Assembly: GCA_028279595.1 (NCBI GenBank)
Contig: JANQNK010000020.1
Span: forward strand, 288,001 to 352,000
DNA: 64,000 nucleotides
Direction: 5' to 3'
DNA from: Thermoplasmatota archaeon
GTDB lineage: Archaea > Thermoplasmatota > JAKEGO01
Below, piece after piece: positions 9,134 through 19,653 of this stretch. Each line of letters begins with the position of its first letter. Within the stretch, counting starts at the first letter, position 1. The notes below the pieces were generated by a model, which saw nothing but the letters and a program-made list of their open reading frames with translations, made no database searches and was not told the origin of the DNA. A program made the position numbers and the translations under genes.

Positions 9134-9667
9134 ATGGCAAAGAAAGGGTCAAAACGTAACAAGACGGTCGAGACCGGCGAGGTCCTGAAGAGTCTGATCG
9201 ACGATCCGACGAGAAGCGTCGGGCAGATCGCCGAGGAGCTCGAAAGCAACAGGCAGACCGTTTGGCGCAAGAAGAAGAAGCTCGAGAACGACGGGATCAT
9301 CTGGGGATACACCGCGATCACCGACGATTCGAGGCTCAATCATCTCGCCTATCTCATTCTGCTCAAGACGAAACCCCTCAGCAAGGAGGTCTCCGAACTC
9401 ATCGTCAGCAGGGTGGAGAACAACGAGATGGAGAAGCAGGACATCCGGCTCCTCGACCTGTTCTACACGAACGGCGAGTTCGACTGGGTTCTCCGGTTCT
9501 CTGCTCCCGACCACGTCACTGCACGCAGGTATTTCGACACGATCCGCGTCCTCTACGACGGTTGGCTCCTCGAGAAGCCTGTGATGCTCGACCTGAACTT
9601 CTGCCTTGTAGTCGGAGGCAAGGCGAACCCGAACGTCTCCACTCTCAACGATTTCGCGGCCATCTAA
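9134..9667 (+). CDS. Lrp/AsnC family regulator
   Basis: HTH SVGQIAEEL..NRQTVWRK.K.LE..GIIWGY; GEFDW in the RAM domain. Confidence 0.88.
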   Translation: MAKKGSKRNKTVETGEVLKSLIDDPTRSVGQIAEELESNRQTVWRKKKKLENDGIIWGYTAITDDSRLNHLAYLILLKTKPLSKEVSELIVSRVENNEMEKQDIRLLDLFYTNGEFDWVLRFSAPDHVTARRYFDTIRVLYDGWLLEKPVMLDLNFCLVVGGKANPNVSTLNDFAAI

Positions 9668-9713
9668 CATTTCGTGATATAGGATTATATATCCGCGGAC
9701 CCGTGTTGTATAG

Positions 9714-12674
9714 ATGGGTCCCGAGGGTACGGCCGGAGATATCGATTACGATGCCGACTACCGTCCGGTCTTCCACGATTTCTACGAGCTCATCAAGCAC
9801 CGTGTCGGCCGGATACTACTGGTTTCCAGCCTGTACGACGCATTCACCCTCGAGGAGGAAGGTCTGCTGTTCGAGCAGATATCCGGCGAGTACAGGGACC
9901 TGCTCCTTCCGTTCCCTCCCCAGGTCATCAGGGTATCCTCGGCCTCGGACGGGCTGGAGGAGCTGAGGAACGAACGCTATGACCTGATCATAACCATGGC
10001 GAGGATATCGGATATGGAATGTCAGGACTTCGCCGCCAGGGCGAAGGAGATCCAGGACATCCCCGTCGTCCTCCTGCTCACGGAGATGGCGGACATCCAG
10101 TACTACCATCGCCCGGGGGCGGTGATGAGCATAGACAAGGTGTTCTACTGGAACGGCGACTCCGCCCTCTATCTCGCCATCACGAAGTACATCGAGGACA
10201 CGATGAACATCGCCCACGACACGTCCACCGGCCTCGTCCGGGCAATTCTCGTGATAGAGGACTCCCCCCGGTACTATTCGATATTCCTTCCCCTGATCTA
10301 CACCGAGATCATGCAGCAGACGCGCGCCCTCATCACCGAGGGGCTCAACGAGCATGAGGAACGGCTGCGGATCCGCTCGAGACCGAAGATCATCCTCGCT
10401 GAGACCTACGAGGAAGCGATGGAGATGTACAAGAGGTACAGGCATCAGATCATGGGTGTGATCTCGGACGTCAAGTACAAGCGCAACGGCATCATGGACG
10501 GCGAGGCCGGTTTCAGGTTCGCCGAGGAGATCGACGACGAGATCCCGATCCTACTCCAGTCATCCAATGTCGACTGCGCCAGCATGGCGGCGGACCGTGG
10601 CATCACCTTCATCGACAAGAACTCCGAGTCTATCCTCCAGGAGCTGAGGGACTTCTTCACTGACAGCCTGGGGTTCGGGGAGTTCGTCTTCACGAGACCT
10701 GACGGGACCGAGCTGGCGAGGGCCTCGGACCTCAGGGAGTTCATAGAGATAGTCGAATCCATACCGATCGACTCGCTCAAGTTCCACGGATCGGCCCACC
10801 ATTTCTCGAACTGGCTAAAGGCAAGGGGGGAGATCGACCTCGCCCGGAGGCTGAGGGACGTCAAGGTCACCGATTTCGAACTCGGAGAGGAGATCCGCGA
10901 GTTCCTTCTCGACTCGATCAACGAGAGCAGGAGGGTGAAACAGCTCGGCGTGATAACCGACTTCAACAAGCAGAACTTCGAGTTCGACCAGACCTTCACA
11001 CGCCTGGGAGGAGGCTCGCTCGGTGGGAAGGGGCGGGGCATCGCGTTCCTCTCGATGCTGCTCAACCAGAGCATGATAACGAGCCAGTTCGAGGGGATCG
11101 AGGTCAAGATACCCGAGACGATCGTGATCGCCACTGACGAGTTCGACAGGTTCATCCTCGACAACGAGCTTCATGATTTCATCAAGGAGAACCGGACCGA
11201 CGAGGAGCTCAGCGAGAGGTTCCTCTCATCCCGTATATCCGACGACCTGAGGGAGTCGCTCGGACGGTTCCTGGACCATGCCCGGTGGCCCATCGCCGTA
11301 CGCTCATCGAGCCTGCTGGAGGACTCACAGAACCAGCCCTTTGCGGGACTGTACTCGACCTATATCCTTCCGAACAACTGCGATGACGACGGTACCAGGC
11401 TCGAACAGCTCGAGCAGGCCATCAAGCTCGTCTACGCATCAGCCTTCTACAAGAGGGTGAAGGCTTACATTCGGGCGACAGGCCTCATCCCGGAGGAGGA
11501 GAAGATGGCCGTGGTCATCCAGCGACTCATCGGGAACCGGCACGGCGACAGGTTCTACCCCTCCTACTCAGGTGTCGCACAGTCCCACAACTTCTACCCC
11601 GTCCATCCCCTCAGGCGCGAGGAAGGCGTGGCAAGCCTCGCCCTCGGATTGGGCAAGATCGTCGTAGACGGCGAGAAGGTCCTCTCCGTATCCCCCGATC
11701 ATCCGAACGTCATTCCCGGGTTCTACACGCCAGACGACGTCTTCAAGAACTCCCAGAACCACTTCTACGCCCTCAACATGTCCGAGTCCTGCTTCGACCT
11801 CGGAATGGGTGAGGACATCACCCTGAGCAAGCTTCCCATTCCCACAGCGCAGGAGGATGGGACCCTGGACGACATCGCGAGCACGTTCGATGCGAATGAT
11901 GGAAGGCTGCGCGACGGTGTCGGGACCGACGGTCCGAAGCTCATCACTTTCGCCGGGATCCTGAAATACGGGAAACTACCCCTCATCAAGGTGATCAAGG
12001 AGCTTCTCGACATCGGCCAGAAGGGAATGGGCCGGGCCGTGGAGATCGAGCTGGCCGGTCGACACAACGATGCAGGTGACCCGGAGTTCTATGTCGTCCA
12101 GGTCAGGCCGCTCGTGACCATGAGGGAGCGTTCACACCTTCAGATAGGTGAGGCCGAGGAATCGGATGCGCTTGTGCTTTCCGACCGCGCCATGGGCAAC
12201 GGCATCGTCAGCGGCATCACCGACGTCGTATACGTGAGGCCCGAGACCTTCGACACGACCGAGACCATGGAGATAGCCAGGGAGATCGGGACCGTGAACG
12301 AGCAACTGGATGGTACTCCATATCTCCTCATAGGTCCAGGGCGCTGGGGGACCCGGGACAGGTTCCTCGGCGTACCCGTCGAGTGGGACCAGATATCCTG
12401 GGCCAAGAGCATCGTCGAGGTCCAGCTGGAGGGGTTCAGGATAGACCCCTCCCATGGGACTCATTTCTTCCACAACATCACGGCCCTCGGTATCCCGTAC
12501 TTCACCATCGGGTTCAACAAGGAGGGCGAGAACGTCGACTGGGAATGGTTCGACGCCCAGAAGGCGGTCGGAAGCTACAAACACATACGGCACATCAGGT
12601 CCGAGGTGCCCCTGACCGTCAAGGTCGATGGTAGGTCGGGAAGGGGGATAGTTACCACGGAGCCGACCGACTAG
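9714..12674 (+). CDS. Receiver-like domain + PEP/pyruvate-binding (PPDK N-terminal ATP-grasp) protein
   Basis: ILLVSSLYD, VIEDSPRYYS, GSLGGKGRG, AVRSSSLLEDS..QPFAGLYST, VEIE, QVRP, GPGRWG, PSHGTHFF. Confidence 0.88.
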   Translation: MGPEGTAGDIDYDADYRPVFHDFYELIKHRVGRILLVSSLYDAFTLEEEGLLFEQISGEYRDLLLPFPPQVIRVSSASDGLEELRNERYDLIITMARISDMECQDFAARAKEIQDIPVVLLLTEMADIQYYHRPGAVMSIDKVFYWNGDSALYLAITKYIEDTMNIAHDTSTGLVRAILVIEDSPRYYSIFLPLIYTEIMQQTRALITEGLNEHEERLRIRSRPKIILAETYEEAMEMYKRYRHQIMGVISDVKYKRNGIMDGEAGFRFAEEIDDEIPILLQSSNVDCASMAADRGITFIDKNSESILQELRDFFTDSLGFGEFVFTRPDGTELARASDLREFIEIVESIPIDSLKFHGSAHHFSNWLKARGEIDLARRLRDVKVTDFELGEEIREFLLDSINESRRVKQLGVITDFNKQNFEFDQTFTRLGGGSLGGKGRGIAFLSMLLNQSMITSQFEGIEVKIPETIVIATDEFDRFILDNELHDFIKENRTDEELSERFLSSRISDDLRESLGRFLDHARWPIAVRSSSLLEDSQNQPFAGLYSTYILPNNCDDDGTRLEQLEQAIKLVYASAFYKRVKAYIRATGLIPEEEKMAVVIQRLIGNRHGDRFYPSYSGVAQSHNFYPVHPLRREEGVASLALGLGKIVVDGEKVLSVSPDHPNVIPGFYTPDDVFKNSQNHFYALNMSESCFDLGMGEDITLSKLPIPTAQEDGTLDDIASTFDANDGRLRDGVGTDGPKLITFAGILKYGKLPLIKVIKELLDIGQKGMGRAVEIELAGRHNDAGDPEFYVVQVRPLVTMRERSHLQIGEAEESDALVLSDRAMGNGIVSGITDVVYVRPETFDTTETMEIAREIGTVNEQLDGTPYLLIGPGRWGTRDRFLGVPVEWDQISWAKSIVEVQLEGFRIDPSHGTHFFHNITALGIPYFTIGFNKEGENVDWEWFDAQKAVGSYKHIRHIRSEVPLTVKVDGRSGRGIVTTEPTD

Positions 12675-12704
12675 TTTTTAGTAAAGTCAGTACCTTGCCA
12701 TACC

Positions 12705-13763
12705 GTGGGACGGAACGGGTTCGAGAGATCGGTGGAATTCCTAGAGGGCAGACCTCTCCTACTACTGGTGGTCCTCGCGATCGTTCCCTTCCTGGTTGTC
12801 AACGCCGTACTCTCCCCGCTGTCGGGCGGGACCCACGGTATGACGCATTCCGATCATGGGAACGACATCTGGTTCGACGGCACGGTCGACGGAGTGCCCT
12901 ACAACGGCTCGGAACCGCCCACCAGCGGCCACTTCAGGGGCGACGTCACCATCGGCGATAACACCGGATGGGTCATTTGCAACGGCGAGGTCCGGTTCTC
13001 CGGCAAGCTGGTGATTCGGGACGCCGAGCTCGACTATACGATCCGGTCGAACCGTTCCGTGAAGGGTCCAGGGAACACCGTGCGCCTCGAAAAGGACTAT
13101 CAGCACATCGACATCGACGGGATTAGCGGAGACATGGAGGGTGGCGTACCGGTCTGGTATCTGGGGTCCTTCGGGACCGCCGTCGGCATCAGTGCCTGGG
13201 CGTTCTGGTTCCTGTTCAAGAGGCGTACAGGTCACGATAAGCTCGTTTCCACCGTGCTACTCGGTGCCGGTCTCATCTGTTTGTACAATGTATTCTTCTT
13301 CGGGCCGATGTTCACCACGATCTGCGTGGCCTTCGTGGCAGTGCCCGCCTTGGCCATGTTCTCGTTCGGCATATACAAGTCGATAAGGGAGGACATCTCC
13401 ATGATGGACACGGACCTCCGGCTGTCAGGCATCCCCGAGGTCCTGATCATCGTCGGCGTCATCGTGCTCATCATCTCCACCGGCATGGTCGTCCACGCCG
13501 GCTGGGGCTCCTTCGACGGATACATGCACGACCCCGGGATGGCATGGCGGAACCTCATCATGGGGATCGCCGGACTTCTGATAGGCGGCGCCCAGATCGG
13601 GTTCGGCTTCGGCAAGCGTCTATTGAGAAAGAGGTCGCCGCGGTCAGGGAGACCAACGAAGGAGAGGTCTCGGTCAAAACCAGATGACGAGGATGAGGCG
13701 AACGTGTATGGATTGAAGGATTATCGTCCATTGAACGAACCACCGCGTCCGCCCGAGAATTGA
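12705..13763 (+). CDS. Hypothetical membrane protein
   Basis: N-terminal TM, beta-rich domain, about five further TMs. Confidence 0.6.
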   Translation: MGRNGFERSVEFLEGRPLLLLVVLAIVPFLVVNAVLSPLSGGTHGMTHSDHGNDIWFDGTVDGVPYNGSEPPTSGHFRGDVTIGDNTGWVICNGEVRFSGKLVIRDAELDYTIRSNRSVKGPGNTVRLEKDYQHIDIDGISGDMEGGVPVWYLGSFGTAVGISAWAFWFLFKRRTGHDKLVSTVLLGAGLICLYNVFFFGPMFTTICVAFVAVPALAMFSFGIYKSIREDISMMDTDLRLSGIPEVLIIVGVIVLIISTGMVVHAGWGSFDGYMHDPGMAWRNLIMGIAGLLIGGAQIGFGFGKRLLRKRSPRSGRPTKERSRSKPDDEDEANVYGLKDYRPLNEPPRPPEN

Positions 13764-13767
13764 TATC

Positions 13768-14331
13768 ATGAACACGATAAGAACACTATACATCACCAGC
13801 AGGAAGGACTGGCGAAAATGGCTGGAGGAGCATTTCGAAAAAGAGAAGGAGATCTGGTTGGTGTACCCGAAGAAGGCGTCCGGTAAAGAAAGGATACCGT
13901 ACAACGATGCCGTGGAAGAAGCATTGTGCTTTGGCTGGATCGACAGCACGGTCAGATCCCTTGATGAGGACAATAGCATCCAACGTTTTACTCCAAGGAA
14001 CCCCGGAAGCACATATTCCCAGCAGAACAAGGAAAGGATGAAATGGCTCTTGGAACACAACATGATCCATTCCTCAGTTTTGGAAAAGGCGAACCAGATC
14101 GCCTCGGAGAAGTTCATTTTTCCAGAAGATATCATTGAAGCTATCAAGGAAGACGAAACGGCCTGGGCAAATTACAACAATTTTTCAGACACATATAGAA
14201 GAATTAGGATAGCTTATATTGACGCTGCACGCAAACGCCCTGACGAATTCAATAAGCGACTTAACAATTTCATCGTCAAAACCAAAAAGAATAAACAAAT
14301 AGGATTCGGTGGGATCGAGAATTATTATTGA
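13768..14331 (+). CDS. YdeI/OmpD-associated family protein
   Basis: WRKWLEEH, AVEEALCFGWIDS, RFTPR. Confidence 0.9.
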   Translation: MNTIRTLYITSRKDWRKWLEEHFEKEKEIWLVYPKKASGKERIPYNDAVEEALCFGWIDSTVRSLDEDNSIQRFTPRNPGSTYSQQNKERMKWLLEHNMIHSSVLEKANQIASEKFIFPEDIIEAIKEDETAWANYNNFSDTYRRIRIAYIDAARKRPDEFNKRLNNFIVKTKKNKQIGFGGIENYY

Positions 14332-14435
14332 GTGATCTGGACGATGGAATCCACCCCGCACCACCAAACCGTTCACCATGAACGCTGGGATGAGGGAGAG
14401 GATCGAGGGTATCGTTGAATCGTAGTATGAGAGAA

Positions 14436-15050
14436 TCACTTACGCCTTAGATTGTGTTTGTCGAGTATTTCGATTACCTGCTGATAGTAATCCATAATAG
14501 TATCGATATTTGAAGTATCGATGGAGTATTCTTTTTCTCCGAAAGTGTACTTACCATTAACTATATTTCCGAAGTTTCCGAGATATCTCTTTGGTTCCTT
14601 CTGCTTAACGTCCTTAATCGATATTGTTCTTTCTTCGATATGTTCTAAGTGACAGCGAATTTCGTTATAATTTTTAAAGTATTCATCATATTGAATCTTG
14701 ACTTTAAGAAGTTCTTCGAATCCAGTAGCTTTGTAAATGGCCACTAGTAAAGTAGGAAGACGATTCATTAAGATGAAATAAAACTGACAGTCAGCAAACA
14801 TTTTGTCCTGAATTTCACGCCTTAAATTCACATCCAATTTATAGAAATCGGCATCATGCTCAAGAGCAGTACGATCTTCCTCGATACGTTTTATTTGTAT
14901 TATTGCCCATCGGCAATTTGTTTCGAACAATTGTATTAGGATACCTGCCCTGTAACTGGTAATTGACCCCCAATAATCGAATGATTTGCTCATTTTAAGA
15001 TCATATGGATTATCATTGCCATCTGAAGGTAGCTTTCTCGGTTCGACCAT
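14436..15050 (-). CDS. Hypothetical helical protein with HEPN-like RxxxxH motif
   Basis: EIRCHLEH in an apparently alpha-helical ~200-aa protein. Confidence 0.55.
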   Translation of the reverse strand: MVEPRKLPSDGNDNPYDLKMSKSFDYWGSITSYRAGILIQLFETNCRWAIIQIKRIEEDRTALEHDADFYKLDVNLRREIQDKMFADCQFYFILMNRLPTLLVAIYKATGFEELLKVKIQYDEYFKNYNEIRCHLEHIEERTISIKDVKQKEPKRYLGNFGNIVNGKYTFGEKEYSIDTSNIDTIMDYYQQVIEILDKHNLRRK

Positions 15051-15221
15051 TTAATCCCCATCCTCCATATCGAATCTAGTAGCTTATTATTTATGGTCCC
15101 TATGACCCCTTTGACCATGCCCTACGTTATGACGTCATAAATTTATGTCCTCTTATGGTGTCTGGCTTGCTATCATAGGGATGGTCTAGGGCATGAGGAC
15201 ATAAGCGAATGGTGTTATGAA

Positions 15222-15692
15222 CTATAATTTAAACTCCTGTCGATTTCGCTCTTCGAGAATTCTAAAAGCTAGCCGTTTATCGACAGGAATACGATTTATT
15301 GCATTCCCATATGGTGTGTGTTTCTTCTGATTGAATAGAATCAGACGATCATTTGGATATCCTCGGATTGTCTCTAACCTATCGACATTTGACCATGGAA
15401 CAGTAGCTTCATGGTCTATGTAAGTAATATGCAATCCATCGATAGCAAATCCAACTCTCTCAGGTATTCTTTTAATGTTGTATCGCATAAGAAAAAAGAA
15501 ATGTAATCCGCCAAATATTGCTACGGAGAATCCTATCAAGGGGTCCTGAACGAGATCAGATCCGTAATAACCATGAACGATACCTAATAAAGCTATCGGG
15601 ATTGCGATTGCGAATGGTCCGTATACTAACAATTTTCGATAAATGTTCCGGTATTCCTCCGAGAGTTTATTATCTCGCCATCGTATTTCCAT
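15222..15692 (-). CDS. Two-TM protein with PH-like tail
   Basis: Similar to 15811-16299. Confidence 0.65.
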   Translation of the reverse strand: MEIRWRDNKLSEEYRNIYRKLLVYGPFAIAIPIALLGIVHGYYGSDLVQDPLIGFSVAIFGGLHFFFLMRYNIKRIPERVGFAIDGLHITYIDHEATVPWSNVDRLETIRGYPNDRLILFNQKKHTPYGNAINRIPVDKRLAFRILEERNRQEFKL

Positions 15693-15810
15693 AGACTTCA
15701 ATTATTTATGTAATCTCAAGTTAATATTTAGAATCTTAGGTTTGGTATCCCCCACCTACGTCGCCGTGGAAGGGTATAAGTAGAGTCAGAGGGAATCGAG
15801 AGACGGGATC

Positions 15811-16299
15811 ATGAAGTGGATGGATAATGATGTCAATAGTCAATACATCTTAAGGAGGAAACGATGGAGAATATTATTTCCCGCTTCCATTTTATTCATT
15901 ATGATGATTACAGCGTTGGTCTTTTACTTGTTGGATCCGAATAGAGATATTCGGATATTTATTCCAGCAGTCTTAGTAGGTATATGGGGTGCATCGATTC
16001 AATATTATATTCAAAATTATAATGTTAATCGGATAGTAAAGAGAATTGGATTATCGAAGGAATCAATTACTCTTGACTATCATCGTAAAGAAAGATTAAT
16101 CCTACCTTTTAAGAACATAGTGAAAGTTGACACTTTGGACAACTGGAAAGATGTTTATTTTATTCAATGTAGACATCCAACCCCATCATTGTTTAAGAAG
16201 GTGTTCAATCAAGGAATGGAATACGTAGTCGTCACCAACAACATTGCATATCAAATCCAGAAGGTCTTAGCTGTAAATGGTATTTCTTCGAATGATTGA
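15811..16299 (+). CDS. Two-TM protein with PH-like tail (paralog)
   Basis: W.DN start, YN..RI..R.G and .P..N..K/R..T shared with the divergent gene. Confidence 0.65.
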   Translation: MKWMDNDVNSQYILRRKRWRILFPASILFIMMITALVFYLLDPNRDIRIFIPAVLVGIWGASIQYYIQNYNVNRIVKRIGLSKESITLDYHRKERLILPFKNIVKVDTLDNWKDVYFIQCRHPTPSLFKKVFNQGMEYVVVTNNIAYQIQKVLAVNGISSND

Positions 16300-16407
16300 T
16301 CTATAAATTTACCTTGGTGGGGTGGGGGGTGGCGTACCCCGTTATGGCCTATGGTTTTAGCTTTGGGAGTATATAAAGCGTTACGAAAAAAAGTTATTAT
16401 CTATTAC

Positions 16408-16570
16408 CCCCCGCGCATGGTGCGGGGGAGCGGACCGTTGATTCCACAAATCAGATACGATATGGAATCTACGGGTCAGTCGATTCCCGAAGTCAGGGAA
16501 TCGACGTCTGTTAGTCTCTTCCAGCACCACCATCTGATTCAATCTGATAGTGACGGAAAGATGGTGGTGT
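16408..16570 (+). ncRNA. Candidate structured RNA with four consecutive hairpins
   Basis: TATATAAA at 16370-16377; stems at 16408-16428, 16433-16477, 16479-16505, 16524-16570. Confidence 0.45.
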
Positions 16571-16646
16571 GAGTGCTTGGATTCGAACCACTTAATGAGA
16601 TCTTGCTCTCTGGATTAAGATAAGATTATTGGGTCGATCTGAATCG

Positions 16647-16682
16647 AAAAAAAGAAAAGACCGGGCCGGTCGAACCGGCCCG
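16647..16682 (-). terminator. gdhA terminator
   Basis: 9-bp stem CGGGCCGGT/ACCGGCCCG then GTCTTTTCTTTTTTT on the minus strand. Confidence 0.8.
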
Positions 16683-16702
16683 AATTCTGTGGGTTGTCTC
16701 GA

Positions 16703-18037
<1,335 letters not shown>

Positions 18038-18171
18038 TCAAATTTCCTCCGGTCTAAGCGTCACCCCCGAAGGGGCGTGATAACATCGAGGTTTCCTATA
18101 AATATCTTTTCATTATGTCGAACCCCTTTTCGTTAATTATCGATGTCCGTCGACGGGTATCTACCATAATA

Positions 18172-19629
18172 TCATAGGGCGCCCTGCGAGTATGCGAATC
18201 TGCGTTCGCCAGCCATGATCCGCCGGCTGTGCCTCCGAGCCCTCTGCGTGATCTTGATGAGTATCGTGAAGTTGACAGCGGCAACCATGAATGGGATGGA
18301 TATCAGGCCCACGTTGACTGTCTCGGCAAGGTAGGCGGAGGCGTTCCAAGCTGAATGAAGACCGATGGCCAGTCCCATGGAGCCGATCATCAGTGGGATC
18401 GGACCGATGGACTCCATAAGCTCACCGGAGAGCTTCTCGCGCCGGTAGACACCGTAGGAGTATCCGACGACCCCTGTACCGACCGCGTGGCCGAGGGTAC
18501 TGAGCAGGCCCCTGGCGAGGGACCCTGCTCCCCATAGGATCGGTACCCCGCCCTCGGTCAGATCGGTGTAGAGGAAGAACGATTCGTACAGGAGGTTCTC
18601 CACCATGGCGAAACCCATGCCGCACGTCACGCCGTAGACGAGACCCTGGAGAGGAGTCCTTATCCACTTGCTCAGGAAGATGAGGCCTATGGGCTTGGCA
18701 AGCTCCTCGAGGATGGGAGCCGCCACCGCGACCAGGAGGAACAGGTCCCTGCTCGGGACCATCGCCTCCGATAGGATCGCGATGTTCGTGGAGAGCATCC
18801 CCCACGTGAGCGCCAGAAGCATCGCCCTCCTCGGCTCGGGATCGAACTGGTTCGTATATGTGTACGAGATCCACATCAACGAAGGGAACGAGAACGCGAT
18901 GACGAACGCTGCCGGGAATCCGAAATACAGAGCCGGGTTCGACCTTCCGAGTATGAGGAGAGCTGATCCCGCCACTATGCTGAACAGGAATATGTAGAGC
19001 AGGGGTCTGGGTTCGGGAATGTCCCATCTGTTCGTTGGGATCCTTTCGTCGGCGCTGTGCCACTCCCATGTGTACCTGAACGGCCCCCTCTGTCTGCTGA
19101 ACCCTGGGTCGGGAGGCGTTCTCCTATCGGCGGACCACGGCCACGAGCTCCGATGCCTCCCGTAGCGCGGGTCCCTGATCGGTCCCTCCCTGAGGGGAGG
19201 CCCGTACGGCCTTTCCATCGACCACGTGTCCCTCCAACGGGCGCTGTCCCTCGGCGGCGGACGCCTCCATCCGGACTGGCCGCTGCTTTCGACGAGTCGG
19301 TCGTAGGACCACTCGTCGTCAAGTGGCGGAGGTACTGTTTCCACGGGATCGACTGTCCACGGATGATACCTGTCGAATTCCCGCGGCTCGTATCTGGCAT
19401 TGAAGATGTAGTACCCACCCGGCATCAGGACCAAATAAAGCAGGAGGGACCCGACGAGGTAGAGGATGCCCATGGCGAGGAGGATTATCACCGGTCCGTA
19501 TCCAAGACCGACGGTGAGCTCCCAGAGGCCCATTGTGGTCCCTATCAGTATCGCGAGCGACCCGACGACCAGTACGTATATCCGGAGAATGTCCTTGACC
19601 ATGGACATGGCTACTGAACAGCCGTCCAT
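18172..19629 (-). CDS. PrsW-family intramembrane metalloprotease with long Arg/Pro-rich N-terminal region
   Basis: APILEELAK, GMGFAMVENLLY, ARG...GHA, LHSAWN; start uncertain. Confidence 0.85.
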   Translation of the reverse strand: MDGCSVAMSMVKDILRIYVLVVGSLAILIGTTMGLWELTVGLGYGPVIILLAMGILYLVGSLLLYLVLMPGGYYIFNARYEPREFDRYHPWTVDPVETVPPPLDDEWSYDRLVESSGQSGWRRPPPRDSARWRDTWSMERPYGPPLREGPIRDPRYGRHRSSWPWSADRRTPPDPGFSRQRGPFRYTWEWHSADERIPTNRWDIPEPRPLLYIFLFSIVAGSALLILGRSNPALYFGFPAAFVIAFSFPSLMWISYTYTNQFDPEPRRAMLLALTWGMLSTNIAILSEAMVPSRDLFLLVAVAAPILEELAKPIGLIFLSKWIRTPLQGLVYGVTCGMGFAMVENLLYESFFLYTDLTEGGVPILWGAGSLARGLLSTLGHAVGTGVVGYSYGVYRREKLSGELMESIGPIPLMIGSMGLAIGLHSAWNASAYLAETVNVGLISIPFMVAAVNFTILIKITQRARRHSRRIMAGERRFAYSQGAL

Positions 19630-19653
19630 CGCTACTTATACCTAATTGCGAAG

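Larger units (their letters stand above)
14340..16620. mobile_element. AT-rich insert (island remnant, no integrase seen); boundaries approximate
   Basis: Abrupt switch to A/T-rich composition and codons; orphan genes; flanked by GC-rich host genes. Confidence 0.55.

Noticed and set aside
9714-12674. Annotation as ppsA/PPDK
   Set aside because: No C-terminal pyruvate-binding barrel and no canonical GG.TSHAA phospho-His motif.
14347-14366. Second tRNA-3'-like string GAAT-CCACC-CCGCACC-A-CCA at the left island edge
   Set aside because: It lacks the TTC of the T-loop, is low complexity, and differs from the right-edge fragment.
16351-16572. 73-aa ORF
   Set aside because: No recognisable features; it spans the TATA box and the hairpin run, which is better explained as RNA structure.
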